DNA of 60,873 nucleotides, the filler included. It is 12 parts of 12 records of this genome, joined end to end, with 100 filler letters (N's around TTAATTAATTAA, not from the genome) between each part and the next. Parts side by side here need not be neighbours in the genome. Positions count along the whole stretch, not along the records: positions 40,509 to 50,601 come from SRR15195285_3950; positions 50,702 to 54,304 come from SRR15195285_3957; positions 54,405 to 57,741 come from SRR15195285_3958; positions 57,842 to 60,873 come from SRR15195285_3964; 8 more parts are not named here. The stretch is one strand, 5' to 3'. Of this stretch, positions 49,601 to 60,399 are shown piece by piece. Each line of letters begins with the position of its first letter. The stretch's first letter is position 1. The notes under the pieces are model-generated. The model ran no database searches. It saw only the letters and a program-made list of their open reading frames with translations, and was not told the DNA's origin. A program made the translations under genes and the position numbers.

Positions 49601-50601
49601 GACAAGGAAGGCAAAAGACTACGAGCGCAACACAGCGGGGTCTAACGCTGAGATCGCCAAGCGTATGGCCGAAGAACTCGATGTGCCATTATGCACCGCA
49701 GAATATGTCATCCGAGACGTGACGATTGGGCAAAACTACTCATTCCTAATGGACGCATACGTACCGCGTTACTTGTATTTGCTCCGACGAAAAGGCCTCG
49801 ATACTGTCTGATGTAATATCGTTTGGACTTCACTGTCGTTAATCTTGTTTCTGATGTTGTTGACCAAGTCGATTCTTTGGAGTAGGTACTGGGAAGCCCT
49901 GGATATGCTCCGCAAGCTAGTCCTCGTCGGGCTGGTACTGCTTGTGGGCCGTGGCACAGTGGCTCAGCTCGCGGCGGCTATCATCTTATCTTTCGGCTTT
50001 TTTTCACTCCAAATGATCACATGGCCCTACAAAATCCAGCAGGACAATCTATTGTGAGTATACACATTGTGTACGCGCGTGTGGCGTGAATAGTCTTGAA
50101 AGTGTGTGACCGTTGTGCTAAGTGTTATTGAACTGTTGTCGATTGTGATTTCACTAGGCGCGCATCAACCGAGCTGCACGTCTTCGTTGTAATAACAACT
50201 GCACTGATCCTCAAACAGGACCTCAGCTGGGAAGCAGTAGGAATAGATGTATACGACATGATTCTGTTCCTCAGCTTTGTGCTGCTTGTGCCGATTGCAT
50301 TTCTCTGGTGCATTCTCTCGAAACTGCGCTACGTGCAGCGAATCCTCGGGAAGGAGCGTGACAGCAATGATGCTCTGGAGCGACGTCAGCTATCGTTCGA
50401 TTTGCAGGTGAGCGACCGCGCATCTTGCTGGACTGCAGCTAAGGTCCCTCGGCTTGTGTGCGGTCAGTCAAAATGTGCATGCACTGATCGGCGTCATTTC
50501 TGTTTTCCGTCCAGGCGCTTGGCCTCGCAGCGGACTCCGACCGCGAGGCCCTCAAACGATTTGTCGACGGCTGGTTTGTGCGTGGCAAGTACGCTGTTTT
50601 C
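40700..50601 (+). CDS. Giant cell-surface receptor-like protein (ephrin-receptor-like Cys repeats, discoidin/fucolectin-like, FN2, WSC, two C-type lectins, beta-helix, multi-TM region); 3'-truncated
   Basis: Signal peptide MTKAWAWLLC...; SWWQVDLG...FCEIEIYG; CAFPFIFDGVVYNEC; YMGCWQD...CFCSDSYGHYG; two CLECT (AEKHCAHGGGHLASIH...WIGLHD; AEDYCISLGGHLATI...WIGLND); GG-rich beta-helix repeats; TM region RILITYSQV...YPTIC...YWEALDMLRKLVLVG...WPYK..DNLL. Confidence 0.85.
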
Positions 50602-50701
50602 NNNNNNNNNNNNNNNNNNNNNNNNNNNNNNNNNNNNNNNNNNNNTTAATTAATTAANNNNNNNNNNNNNNNNNNNNNNNNNNNNNNNNNNNNNNNNNNN
50701 N

Positions 50702-51813
50702 TCTGGCTCTGGCTCTGGCTCTGGCTCTAGCGCTGTTGTCATATTCATATCCACATCTGTCTGCGATGATCGAAACAGGTCTGCCAGGCTCACAGACAAT
50801 TGGCTTTCTGGTGGTTCACTCATGATTGAAGTGAATGGCAGCTGATCCGGCGGCCTTTGCACCGCGACCACCGCCGACCCTCTTGCAGCACGATACCGCA
50901 CGAGGCTACCAGCCATTGCTTGCACCACAGCAGGACACAGCACACTTGGTGGCATGCCTAGATGTTGCATGCAGAACGCATGAGCGGCAACGACCTCGGC
51001 GCTTGCTAGTACAAAAAGGCTGCGCTGCTCCGCGTGCAACGGGAAATTGAAGATGGCTTCGTGCTCAAAGGCGCCGCTTTCCGTCCCGCTCGGTCGTGCA
51101 CCGCCTCGCTGCCTGCTGAGCCTCAAGGCCATATCAGTTATCCCAAGTCCCAGAGGGCCGTAGCGATGCTCCTGAGCCACCCACGCGGGGACTCCACCGA
51201 GCGATAGTAGCTCAAAGCGGCGGATTTGGGCCTGTGACAACATTTTGCGCAACCCGCTCGGGCGCCAGTACAGTGCGTGTGTTGTCAAGATCAGGCAGCC
51301 AGCGGTGCGAGGCGTTGTAATCATATCGTGGATTGCGTAGGCCGGTGCGCCACCAGCCAGCAGAACAGTCTCGCCCTCGGCAAGCTCGGTTTCCGCCAAG
51401 ACTGAGTCGGCTGAGCCTTGCTCGATCCATCCGCCGACAGCTGTAGCACCTGGGTAGGATTTCTCTGCAATGCGGCGGACGTACCTGTCGAACGTATCGA
51501 ATGTGACGCGTGATCGCTGTGTCGAACTGCCGCCATCGTTGGTTGCAAGCTGCTTGAATGTGTCGTCAGCAGTCAGCAGATCCGAGAGGCAAATCGCAGG
51601 TGATAGCCGGACCCAATCCTCCAGTCCAATGCCACCCTCCTCGCCCTGACAAAGCTGCTCGAAAGCCTGCTGCGGACTGCGACAGGCGGCCATCTCCCGG
51701 TGGGTTGCCGCGAAACCGGGCAGCTCTCGCGGTGTGCTCCCACCTGCTGCATCGCCAGCCGGCTGAGATGCATGCAAAGAGGAAGTAGCAGTAGGGGGTG
51801 AGCCGCTTCTCAT
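50702..51813 (-). CDS. DUF639-like protein (family known mainly from plants), 3'-truncated
   Basis: Motif order resembles plant DUF639 as recalled: IGLEDWVRLSPAI..DLLTADDTFKQL, VTFDTFDRYV, LAEGETVL, AGCLILTTHALYW, YGPLG, FPLHAEQRSLFVLASAEVVAAHAF. Confidence 0.65.
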
Positions 51814-52673
51814 CTGCCCACCGCGAGGCCCTGCAGTCGCGACGACGGATTCGCGCGCCGCCAACACGCAATAATGTTGGTAGGTATACTACCTTCAGGT
51901 ACCTTGTAGTATACAGTTGAACAGTTTGAGGGTCGATTGCACATAAATTACAATATGACCAGGCCGCCGCGGGGTTCCACGAGTAGTGGTTCCTCGGTCC
52001 TCAGACCTTGAAGTGCCCGGCGGCGCGCGGGCGGTGGGAACCAACCCGGAACACTGGCACTGACTGGTTGGATCTCGTGGAGCACATTGGGCGAACTGTT
52101 GTTCTATTGTCCATCATGAATGTTCATGAGTTGACTGTGTTTGCATCTACGGTATGACGGTGCGTTCCCTTGTCCGGAAAGATGACTGATAAATGCAGAA
52201 CACTCCGCGGACTGATTCACGCCCCCCAGGCGGTCCGAGACTGACAGTGACACCAATCAGACTGATTCTCATTCTGGCCCCCCCCCGCCCGGTGTGGATC
52301 GTAAATCCTGCTGAGCCAGCCAGCCTGTGAGTGTGACCTGCTCTCCTGCTGACCAAGTCCAACGCCAAACTGTCACAACGCACACCGGTCGAGATCCCTC
52401 ACTCAGACTGTACAGTATCAGTAGTACGTACTCGTACTCGAGTACTGGTATCCGGCACGCCTAGCGGGGCCGTCGGCTTAGGGCTGCCCCCTGCCCGCGG
52501 TGTTGACTGTGGCGGTCGTCACTGCGGTCGGCAACGGATCTGTATCGTGTATGTAGGGGGCGGAGGGGCGGAATCTGGATGTAGGGAGCCGTGAGGCGGT
52601 GTGGCAGGGAGGGGCTGCTGGCGCAGGAGGCAGGGTTGGCGAGGAGGTGCTGCGTGCGGAGGAGCGTCGAGGT

Positions 52674-54304
52674 ATGAAGAAAGCGGGCGGGCCTGCGGGG
52701 AAGGGGAAGCGCGAGCGGCAGGGCAGCGTGGTGGCGCGCTATGCGCAGAAGAAGGCTGCGGAGGCGGTCGAGCAGGAGAAGCAGGAGATGGCAGCGCGCA
52801 TGAGGGCGCTCGGCGTCGAAATTGACGAAAGCGATGCGCCCCCTCAGATTGCACCTCCGCCTGCAAAGCCGTCGGAGGACGTCATTATCGCGCTGGCAAA
52901 AGAAATCGGCGGTGCAGCTGGGACGCCTACCTTTGCAGAATTCACACAGTCTGGCTCGTTGGGTCTACGAATGGAGGCGCGGAAGGGCGCCGCGGGCGGC
53001 GCGGTCGTTACCTCGATCATTCCCGGCCAACAGGCCGAGGACCACCCGCAGGTGCGCGCGGGCATGGTGCTACTATCCATCACGGACAAACACGGTTCTA
53101 CGATCAAGCTGGCGAGTATGACATACAAAAAAGTGGTCGAGAAGCTCAAAGGTGGCGGACGCCCGATTACGCTTGCCTTCGTGATGCCCCCGTCAACAGA
53201 AGCTGCTGCTCGCGAAGCGGACCTGCAGGCGAAGCAAGACCCGAACGCTGCTGCTATTGTTCGCGGCCACTGCTCCGGTCTGGTAGAAGTGCAATACAAA
53301 GGGAAGGGCAAGTTCGAGCAAGTGTGGCTGGCGCTCGCCCCTGGAAAGCCAAGCTTGTCGTTCCGGGAGGGCAGACGAGACGGAAAGGTGGTGCGGTCAG
53401 GGGACGCAGACGGCTGTACTGTGGGCTTGCCGAAGCAAGCGCGCAAAGGCCACGAAATTGCATTCCGCCTGGATCTAGCAGGTAAGGATTCCAAAGGCTG
53501 CGCCAAATACATCGTCGCGGTTGACACACAAGAAGAGCTGGACCACTGGATCGACAGCCTGAAGTCATATTCTATCGAGGAGCAACCTGCGTCCCTCGAC
53601 GACGCTGGCAAGTTCCGAGAGTCTGTCGCTCCAATAACCCCGTCAGCTGACGAGGAAGAAGCGGTACAGCCCCCGCTCATCGAGCACACCTTCAAGGACC
53701 AAGGCCCGATTGGATTATCCTGGGCAATGCGCGCGAGTGACGATGAGTCGATAGAAACCGCTGTTCTCAAGAGCACCAAGGATGGCTCACCTGCTGCCAA
53801 GGTAGCCGGAACCCTGGGTCTCGTGCAAGGCGTCACTCTTGTTGCGGTCAACGGCACGCGCTGCGCTGGTCTGAGATACGTGGATCAGATCCAGCTTATC
53901 CGCGATGCTAGCCGCCCACTTACAATGGTTTTCGGCCCGAAAGGCAAAACAGTTGCTAGGGCCGAAATCGAGGACATGTACGGGCGGCATGCGCCTGAGA
54001 AACTTGCTGAGGTAGACCAGTTGGCGCAGAAGTATGGAGAGCGCAGGCTCCTAGCTATGATCCGCAAGAAGTACACGAACGCAGAGGCCAGTGAAGAACA
54101 GCCGCCCAGTAGCCAGGAGACTGTACAGGCCATAGAGGAGGGCGAGGAGGAGGGCGAGGAGGAGGAAGAGGAGGAGGAGGAGAGTGAGCCGGCTGCGTCT
54201 GGGGCACGGGTGATGTCACCTGCGGAGGAGATGGCTGCTGCGGCAGCTCTCTTTGCTGAGAGCGAAGATGAAGAATCCGAGCCGGAGCCGGAGCCGGAGC
54301 CGGA
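52674..54304 (+). CDS. PDZ-PH-PDZ scaffold protein, 3'-truncated
   Basis: FTQSGSLGLRM...RPITLAF; PH-like HCSGLVEVQYKG...VWLAL...AFRLDL...DTQEELDHWIDSL; FKDQGPIGLSW...ASRPLTMVF; acidic/EP tail. Confidence 0.75.
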
Positions 54305-54446
54305 NNNNNNNNNNNNNNNNNNNNNNNNNNNNNNNNNNNNNNNNNNNNTTAATTAATTAANNNNNNNNNNNNNNNNNNNNNNNNNNNNNNNNNNNNNNNN
54401 NNNNCCGCGGACCGCCCCGAGCCGCTGGTTTTTTCTCACACCAGTA

Positions 54447-54686
54447 CTGATATTAGGGTGGTTCTGGGGTGCCCCGCCTGTGGATAGAATCCTGAGCCGA
54501 CGATGGTGGTGATGATGGTGGTGGTGATGGGCGCGATGATGGTGGTGACGATGGGCGGCTTCGAGGGTTAGCTCTTCTTGTTCCTGATATTAGGAGGGTT
54601 CTGGGGCCCCCGCCTGTGGATTGAATCCTGAGCCGACGATGGTGGCGATGATGATGGGGAGCTTTTAGGGTTAGCTCTTCTTGTTC
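54447..54686. repeat. Two imperfect tandem copies (~137 and ~103 bp) with a variable GGT/GAT triplet core
   Basis: CTGATATTAGG...CCCCGCCTGTGGAT.GAATCCTGAGCCGACGATGGTGG...AGGGTTAGCTCTTCTTGTTC starts at both 54447 and 54584. Confidence 0.85.
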
Positions 54687-54769
54687 TTCCTGGTTCCCTT
54701 GGGCGAGGAGGGGCTTCCTCCAAAGAGGCTGAGGGATGGGCTGAGGGGCTGAGGGGCCCCGGGGAGGGG

Positions 54770-57055
54770 ATGGAGCAGAAGGAGCTGGTGACGGCGGTCT
54801 TGTTGGCCGGGGGCGCGCTGCTCTGCAGGGAATGCGCTTTCTTTCGCCAAGGAGGCGGAGACGCTAGCGGCTATACAGCGGCAGGGCAGCAGCCGCAGCC
54901 GCCGCCGCCGCAGGGGCAGCAGCGGCAAGGGGTCACTGCAGTGCCGGGTCGGAACGCGAAGAAGAACCGGGCGAAGAAGGAGCGGAAGAAGCTGAAGAGG
55001 GGGTCGTCGTCCAAGTCTTTTGTGTTGCCGGAGGGCGGTCCGGTGCGATGCTCGGGCCGAACACACGCTCGGCATTTCACAGTCGCTGACGGTCACCGTG
55101 TGGATTTGGCTCGTGTGTTGCAGGGAGGAGAGGGGTCGCCGCGCAAAGGGGTGGTGCGCCAGTCGAGCGGGGACTTCGAGCGGGCGCTGGAGGACAAGCT
55201 GGTCAGCATCCGGCGGAGGCGAAGAGACGCCCAGATCAGCGTGCTGCAGGCCGAGCTGGAGACGCTGAAGATGAGTGCGCTGAAGCGGCGCGCTCGCGAG
55301 GTCGGGGTCGAGGCCCAGGCGCTGGAGGACGCGGAGGATAGCGACACTCCGAAGCCGGACATCATTGCGCTCGTCATCGCGGCGTCGCCGGTCAGCTCCG
55401 GCAGTGACTCGTCAGGGCGCGCCGCTCTGTCCAGCGAGCGTGGGCGGCAGCCTGGCGAAGACGCGCGGACACCGTCGTCCTCACGCAAGGGGACACCAGG
55501 ACCAGACGCGCCGCCCAGACCGGGCTCAAGCAGCTCGTCCAGCGAGCTGGGCGTGCGCCATGGCTCGGGACCGCTTACCCCCGCGTTCTCGCGCCAGGTG
55601 TCATCGGGATCAGACAGGCCAGACGGCAAACTGGCAGTTGGTAGCCTGGTACGCGTCCTGAAGGCAGGGCCTATGCTCGGTAAGTGTGCAACAGTCATCG
55701 CACACGAGGGCTACGACGAGCAGTTCGATGCGGACGCGGACCCGGCGGAACACGCCAATCTTGACCTCTTGGTGGAGAAAGGGAAGCGCGTGAGGGTCGA
55801 AATCGAGCTGACGGGTGAAATTGAGACCTTCCCGCTGTCGCAAATCGAGCCGCTCGATAATGCCCCAAATATCCAGGCAGAGGTGGAGGTGGAGGTTGCG
55901 CTGAAGCTCGCCGGTGCAGAGAAGCTGCACCGTGTGCTTGGGCTCACGCCACTGCAGCGCACAGCGACTCAGCAGACGGCGGAGGACAAGTACAGGCAGG
56001 CTTTCCGAGGATTTAGGCGTGCGTCAGACATCGAGAGCGTTGACGAAATCGAGGTCACGGCGGTTCTTAGCCGAGGTACGAGTGGTACCGTCTCTGCGGC
56101 AAGGTGGCGTGGAATGGACGTGGCTGTAAAACAGTTTCACTACTTTGAGAATAAGGAGGAGGAATCTGAGGCCATCAGGCAGAATTTCGAGAACGAAGTC
56201 TTCTTGATGCGGGAATTGCATCATGCTAATTTGGTTCGGTTCTTCGCAGCGCAGTCCAAGCCGCCGAATCTTTGCATCGTAATGGAGCGAATGGCTGGGT
56301 CACTGACAGACCTACTCTATGGGCGATTGCGGCAGGGAGCGGATAAGACGCTGATCGCCCCGCGGCTCGTAGCGATTGCGTGCGGCATTGTTAGCGGGAT
56401 GGCTTTCCTGCATGCACACAACGTGTGCCACCGCGACCTCAAATCCGCCAATGTGCTGTTCGACAAGCAGCTCCGAATCAAGCTCTGCGACTTCGCTTTC
56501 TCGAAGTTCAAGCCGAGTGACGACAACGCCTCGATGCAGCTGCAAACCCAAATTGGCACGGCCGCCTGGATGGCCCCAGAAGTATTGCGAGGCGACGACT
56601 ACTCCCTGAAGTGTGATAGCTACTCATTTGGAGTGATCATCTGGGAGTTGATTGTGCGCAAGCAGCCATTCCGCGAGCTCAACCACTTTCAGCTGCTCAA
56701 CCACGTCGGGCTGCAAGGCAAAACGCTGCAGATGCCAGACGATGCTGCGCCGCTTTGGCGCGCTGTGGCGAGCGCTTGCTGGGAGTCACAACCTCAGCTC
56801 CGCCCAAGCTTCGCGCAGCTCGATACGGTATTTCGTTCCGCCGCAGCGGACCTGCGGGACGGCCGGGCCAAGATGCACGCAGGAGATAGATCTACTGGAG
56901 CGCCCATCGAAGGGTCTGGGGCATTGCTGGATGATGGCGCGGGAATGGCAGCGTGGCGCGATGTCTTGAGCGCACTGCATGAACGGGTACACGAGCAAGA
57001 TGCAGAAGAAACCGAGCGCTCTGTCGATGTTGCTCCCGCTGCTGCGCTTCCTTGA
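54770..57055 (+). CDS. Tyrosine-kinase-like (TKL, MLK/Raf-like) protein kinase, intronless, 761 aa
   Basis: SRGTSGTV, WRGMDVAVK, FENEV, HRDLKSANVL, CDFAFSK, GTAAWMAPE, DSYSFGVIIWE, RPSF. Confidence 0.92.
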   Translation: MEQKELVTAVLLAGGALLCRECAFFRQGGGDASGYTAAGQQPQPPPPQGQQRQGVTAVPGRNAKKNRAKKERKKLKRGSSSKSFVLPEGGPVRCSGRTHARHFTVADGHRVDLARVLQGGEGSPRKGVVRQSSGDFERALEDKLVSIRRRRRDAQISVLQAELETLKMSALKRRAREVGVEAQALEDAEDSDTPKPDIIALVIAASPVSSGSDSSGRAALSSERGRQPGEDARTPSSSRKGTPGPDAPPRPGSSSSSSELGVRHGSGPLTPAFSRQVSSGSDRPDGKLAVGSLVRVLKAGPMLGKCATVIAHEGYDEQFDADADPAEHANLDLLVEKGKRVRVEIELTGEIETFPLSQIEPLDNAPNIQAEVEVEVALKLAGAEKLHRVLGLTPLQRTATQQTAEDKYRQAFRGFRRASDIESVDEIEVTAVLSRGTSGTVSAARWRGMDVAVKQFHYFENKEEESEAIRQNFENEVFLMRELHHANLVRFFAAQSKPPNLCIVMERMAGSLTDLLYGRLRQGADKTLIAPRLVAIACGIVSGMAFLHAHNVCHRDLKSANVLFDKQLRIKLCDFAFSKFKPSDDNASMQLQTQIGTAAWMAPEVLRGDDYSLKCDSYSFGVIIWELIVRKQPFRELNHFQLLNHVGLQGKTLQMPDDAAPLWRAVASACWESQPQLRPSFAQLDTVFRSAAADLRDGRAKMHAGDRSTGAPIEGSGALLDDGAGMAAWRDVLSALHERVHEQDAEETERSVDVAPAAALP

Positions 57056-57841
57056 GCAGATTCGATCTGAAGCGCCATGAAGCTCAGTTGCCTGCACAGA
57101 ATCAGTCCGCGGCCTCGGCAGCAAAAAGACACAGGCTCAGTGTGGAGGTTGAGCCTGTGTACAGCCTCTGGGTACCGAATCTGCAAGATACGAGTGCTTC
57201 AACGGACGCGTGCCACGTCCTTTACCTGCTGAAGTGTCATCAATCTATATCGGCAAGAATGGCCATACAACAGCCGTCAGTTTGCATTGTCGCAAAAATC
57301 TGATGGGTGAATAACCATCGTCAGCTGTTTGACCGCAGAATGTCCAGCTTGACCCTGACTTCTTAGCTGCTTGACCGCGGCGGGCGGGCTTCAAAATCTA
57401 TCGGGCGCTACCCAGCGAGTTCTTCGCTGGTCGGCGCTCTTCTGCACCCACTTGCCGGCATCGTCTCTTCTCACAGTGGACAATGAATTTCGATTGCTAC
57501 TCAAAGATAGCGTGTACTTTGATCCCATCGCCGGGAGGAACGGGTCCGACTCACGTTCTCACGTAGATTCTCCGTGAGTCGGATCCGGGAGGGACGTCGG
57601 GATCGAGAGGGACATCCTTACTAGCATTCTCCTAGACTCTTTGATTTCGAGGACATTCTCAGCAAATTAACACGCAAATTATTCCTCAATTCACTCAGAA
57701 ACATACAAAGTCTCGGAGCAGGAGGAAGAAAGGGAGGATTCNNNNNNNNNNNNNNNNNNNNNNNNNNNNNNNNNNNNNNNNNNNNTTAATTAATTAANNN
57801 NNNNNNNNNNNNNNNNNNNNNNNNNNNNNNNNNNNNNNNNN

Positions 57842-60013
57842 GGGGGGGGGAGCCGGATCCGTATGTGAAACTCACTTTGGGTGAATCGTCGGCGCGAACG
57901 ACGGCAACTGCCGAAGATCGTGACGCTCCGGTTTGGGACCAGGTGATCGACCTGACGGTGGACCTTGAAAAGCCGGTGCCGCTTTGCCTTGAGCTGGTAG
58001 ACTACGATGAAAAGGTTCCAGAAGATTGGAACCCCGAGCAGCAGCTGGCGGCCGGAACATTTGACATTTGCGAATTCGTTCCGGGATGGACAGAGCTGGC
58101 GTCAGCTGATGGGGTGGCGTCGCTTGAGACTGCAGAGGACGGCACCCGAATGGCAACAATTTTAGGCAGTGGTGACGAAGCTGTGCAGGTGGTCCTCACG
58201 TTCGAGTATCAAGCAGTAGCACCCACGCCTACTGAAGCCACCGGGAAATCTTCAGCCGCGCCTACAGTCGCTGGCGGCCCTAAGGCGCCCGTGGGCCCGA
58301 TCTGTGCCGAGGGTCTGCGCCGGCTCTGGGCGGTGCGAAGATGCGACTACTTGAGAGAGATTGCGCGCATGGGGCTGTGGCCGTCGGTCAAGCACATTGG
58401 GGCTATCAGTCGCTCGTATGGTGCGAAGCTGGGCTACGAGGACGTGCATGGCGAGCCGAAGCCGAAGAAAAAGAAGCATGGCGGGGCGCTGGAAGCACTG
58501 GCGGCACAGGAGGAAGAGGAGGACCTAGGTGAGGGCAAATGGGTAGACGGGTACTACCAGAAGCCGACACAGAGCTGGAAGAAGTGGCGCAAGCTCACAG
58601 AGCGGACCACTCAGTTGGACGTGGGAGACGCGCAGAACGACTACTACCAGCAGATGCTCAGCGTTCGACCACAGGTTCCCGTGCCGAACTTCAACACGAG
58701 CTACAAGGAGACGATCAGCAATTTGTCGGCAACAAGCAAATCGCTGAAGCCGGTGACCGAGTATTCTAGCGACCAGATCCCGAAGGATACCATTGTGACG
58801 GTGACGGTCCCACCAGGCGCTGAGCCAGGGCAGTCCTTCCAGATTCATGCAAATGCCCAGTTGGTGAACGTTAAAGTGCCAGAGGGCCTAAAACCAGGCG
58901 ATGAGTTCGAGGCGACTGTCCCAGCAGCGCTGTACATTTACTCATCGCAGACGCTGAACGTCGCGGAGTTGCAGAAGGAAGTTATACGACGCAAGCTTGA
59001 CAAGCCAGAGAACAACGATAAGTTTTACACGTACAGCAGTGAGTACATGAGTCTAGCGATGTGCAGGGTCAACGAGGAGGAGATAGCAAGGGAAGAAGAG
59101 CAGGAAAAGCAATCCCGCTGGGTCGACCCGAAAGGCTGGGTGTATCCTGCGCCCAAGCATCCGCGAGAGTATCCAGTCCACAAGAAGCAGCTGCATCCAG
59201 CGCAGCGAGAGGAGCTCATGGAGCCGTGGGTGGAAAATGTGCTGCGCCCTAAGCCGGTCTCTAGGGACGTCGAACTGGCAGATGGCAAACCGGAGTGGCG
59301 GGTGATGGCCGCACTAGGCGGGACCTTCGAGAAGGACCCGCAGTTCTTCACATCTGTGTTCGCTCCTGCCGCGCTTGGACTCACACCGGAAGAGGCTGAG
59401 GAGCTTTTGCAACAGGAGAGGAAAGCGGCCGAAGTGGAGTGGAAGGGCAAGCTGGTCGTTGACGACCCTACCTTCCGTGGATACTTCCGCGGTACAATGC
59501 GTACCAAGGTCCATCCCCTGGAGCGCAACGAGACTATGCTCAAGGCAAACCCGAATCGGCCACAGTTTTCAGACCATGGCAAGTATGGCAAGAAAGGCAA
59601 CTGTGCGATCCGGCAAGCGCCTATCAGCATGCTGGCTGGCGAGCCGTACGACGACCCTCGGGACTTCACTCTGGACCTCAAGAAGAATGAACCAGAGCAC
59701 AACGTCGTGCAAGATAGAAATTTCGATCGCCTTTCGGTGCGTCGAGCGTCCCCACTGGTTGTTCGCTCGCATTTTTATTGAGCTTTATGCACTGACGTAT
59801 GTTTGTGCAATGCAGGGTCTAAGTGCTCAGACAAGTCTGATGGGCTGCCCGATCACAACGAAGCCTTTGCGTGGCGAGGGCGGTGCGGAGTCGCGGAGAC
59901 GCATTCTAGGAATGGGTGGGAAGATAGAGGCGGTTAGACCAGAGGAAAGAACTATGTTCCAGTTCGGAGGAAAGATGACCCAGCTGCCGCCTGTTAAAGG
60001 AGCTGAGCTCTGA
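57842..60013 (+). CDS. C2-domain protein with CFAP92-like C-terminal region; 5'-truncated, one 3' intron
   Basis: C2 DPYVKLTLG...APVWDQ...LELVDYD; FYTYSSEYMS...VNEEE...SRWVDPKGW...EELMEPWVENVL resembles the CFAP92 family as recalled. Final exon after GTGCGT...TGCAG ends at 60013. Confidence 0.65.
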
Positions 60014-60399
60014 CGGCATGTAAACCCGAATTTTTCTCACATTAGTGCATACTCACGGGGTCACGGGCACGAACTGGTTCGTCTAACAGTACTGAGCTCG
60101 GCAATCATCTGCCGCACCTCCTTCGCACCCACGCTGAGATCGGACGAGTGCTGCTTTGCAAGAGTAACCAGCTCCTTGACGCCAAAGCTTGGGTTGGCTC
60201 GTATCACAGTCTCTACCACAGTTTTGCGCCGACTCGGCCTCGACCTTGGAGACATTTACCTTTCTAGCTCGCGCCCTCTCCGTCTCTATTGTTAGCGGTT
60301 CAGGGGCTCGAGGGTGCTAGGTGCAAGATAGGTGGCACCGAGTAGTAGGGAAAAGGGGGGTTCTGGACCGACACAATAAAATCGCCACCAAAAGTTGAG

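Noticed and set aside
8835-57841. Regularly recurring TTAATTAATTAA flanked by Ns as a biological repeat or CRISPR-like array
   Set aside because: Identical 100-bp artificial joiners; ORFs ending in XXXX-LIN are artefacts of them.
60061-60255. 64-aa minus-strand ORF (MSPRSRPSRRK...)
   Set aside because: It could be a small gene or exon, but there is no recognisable motif or other support.
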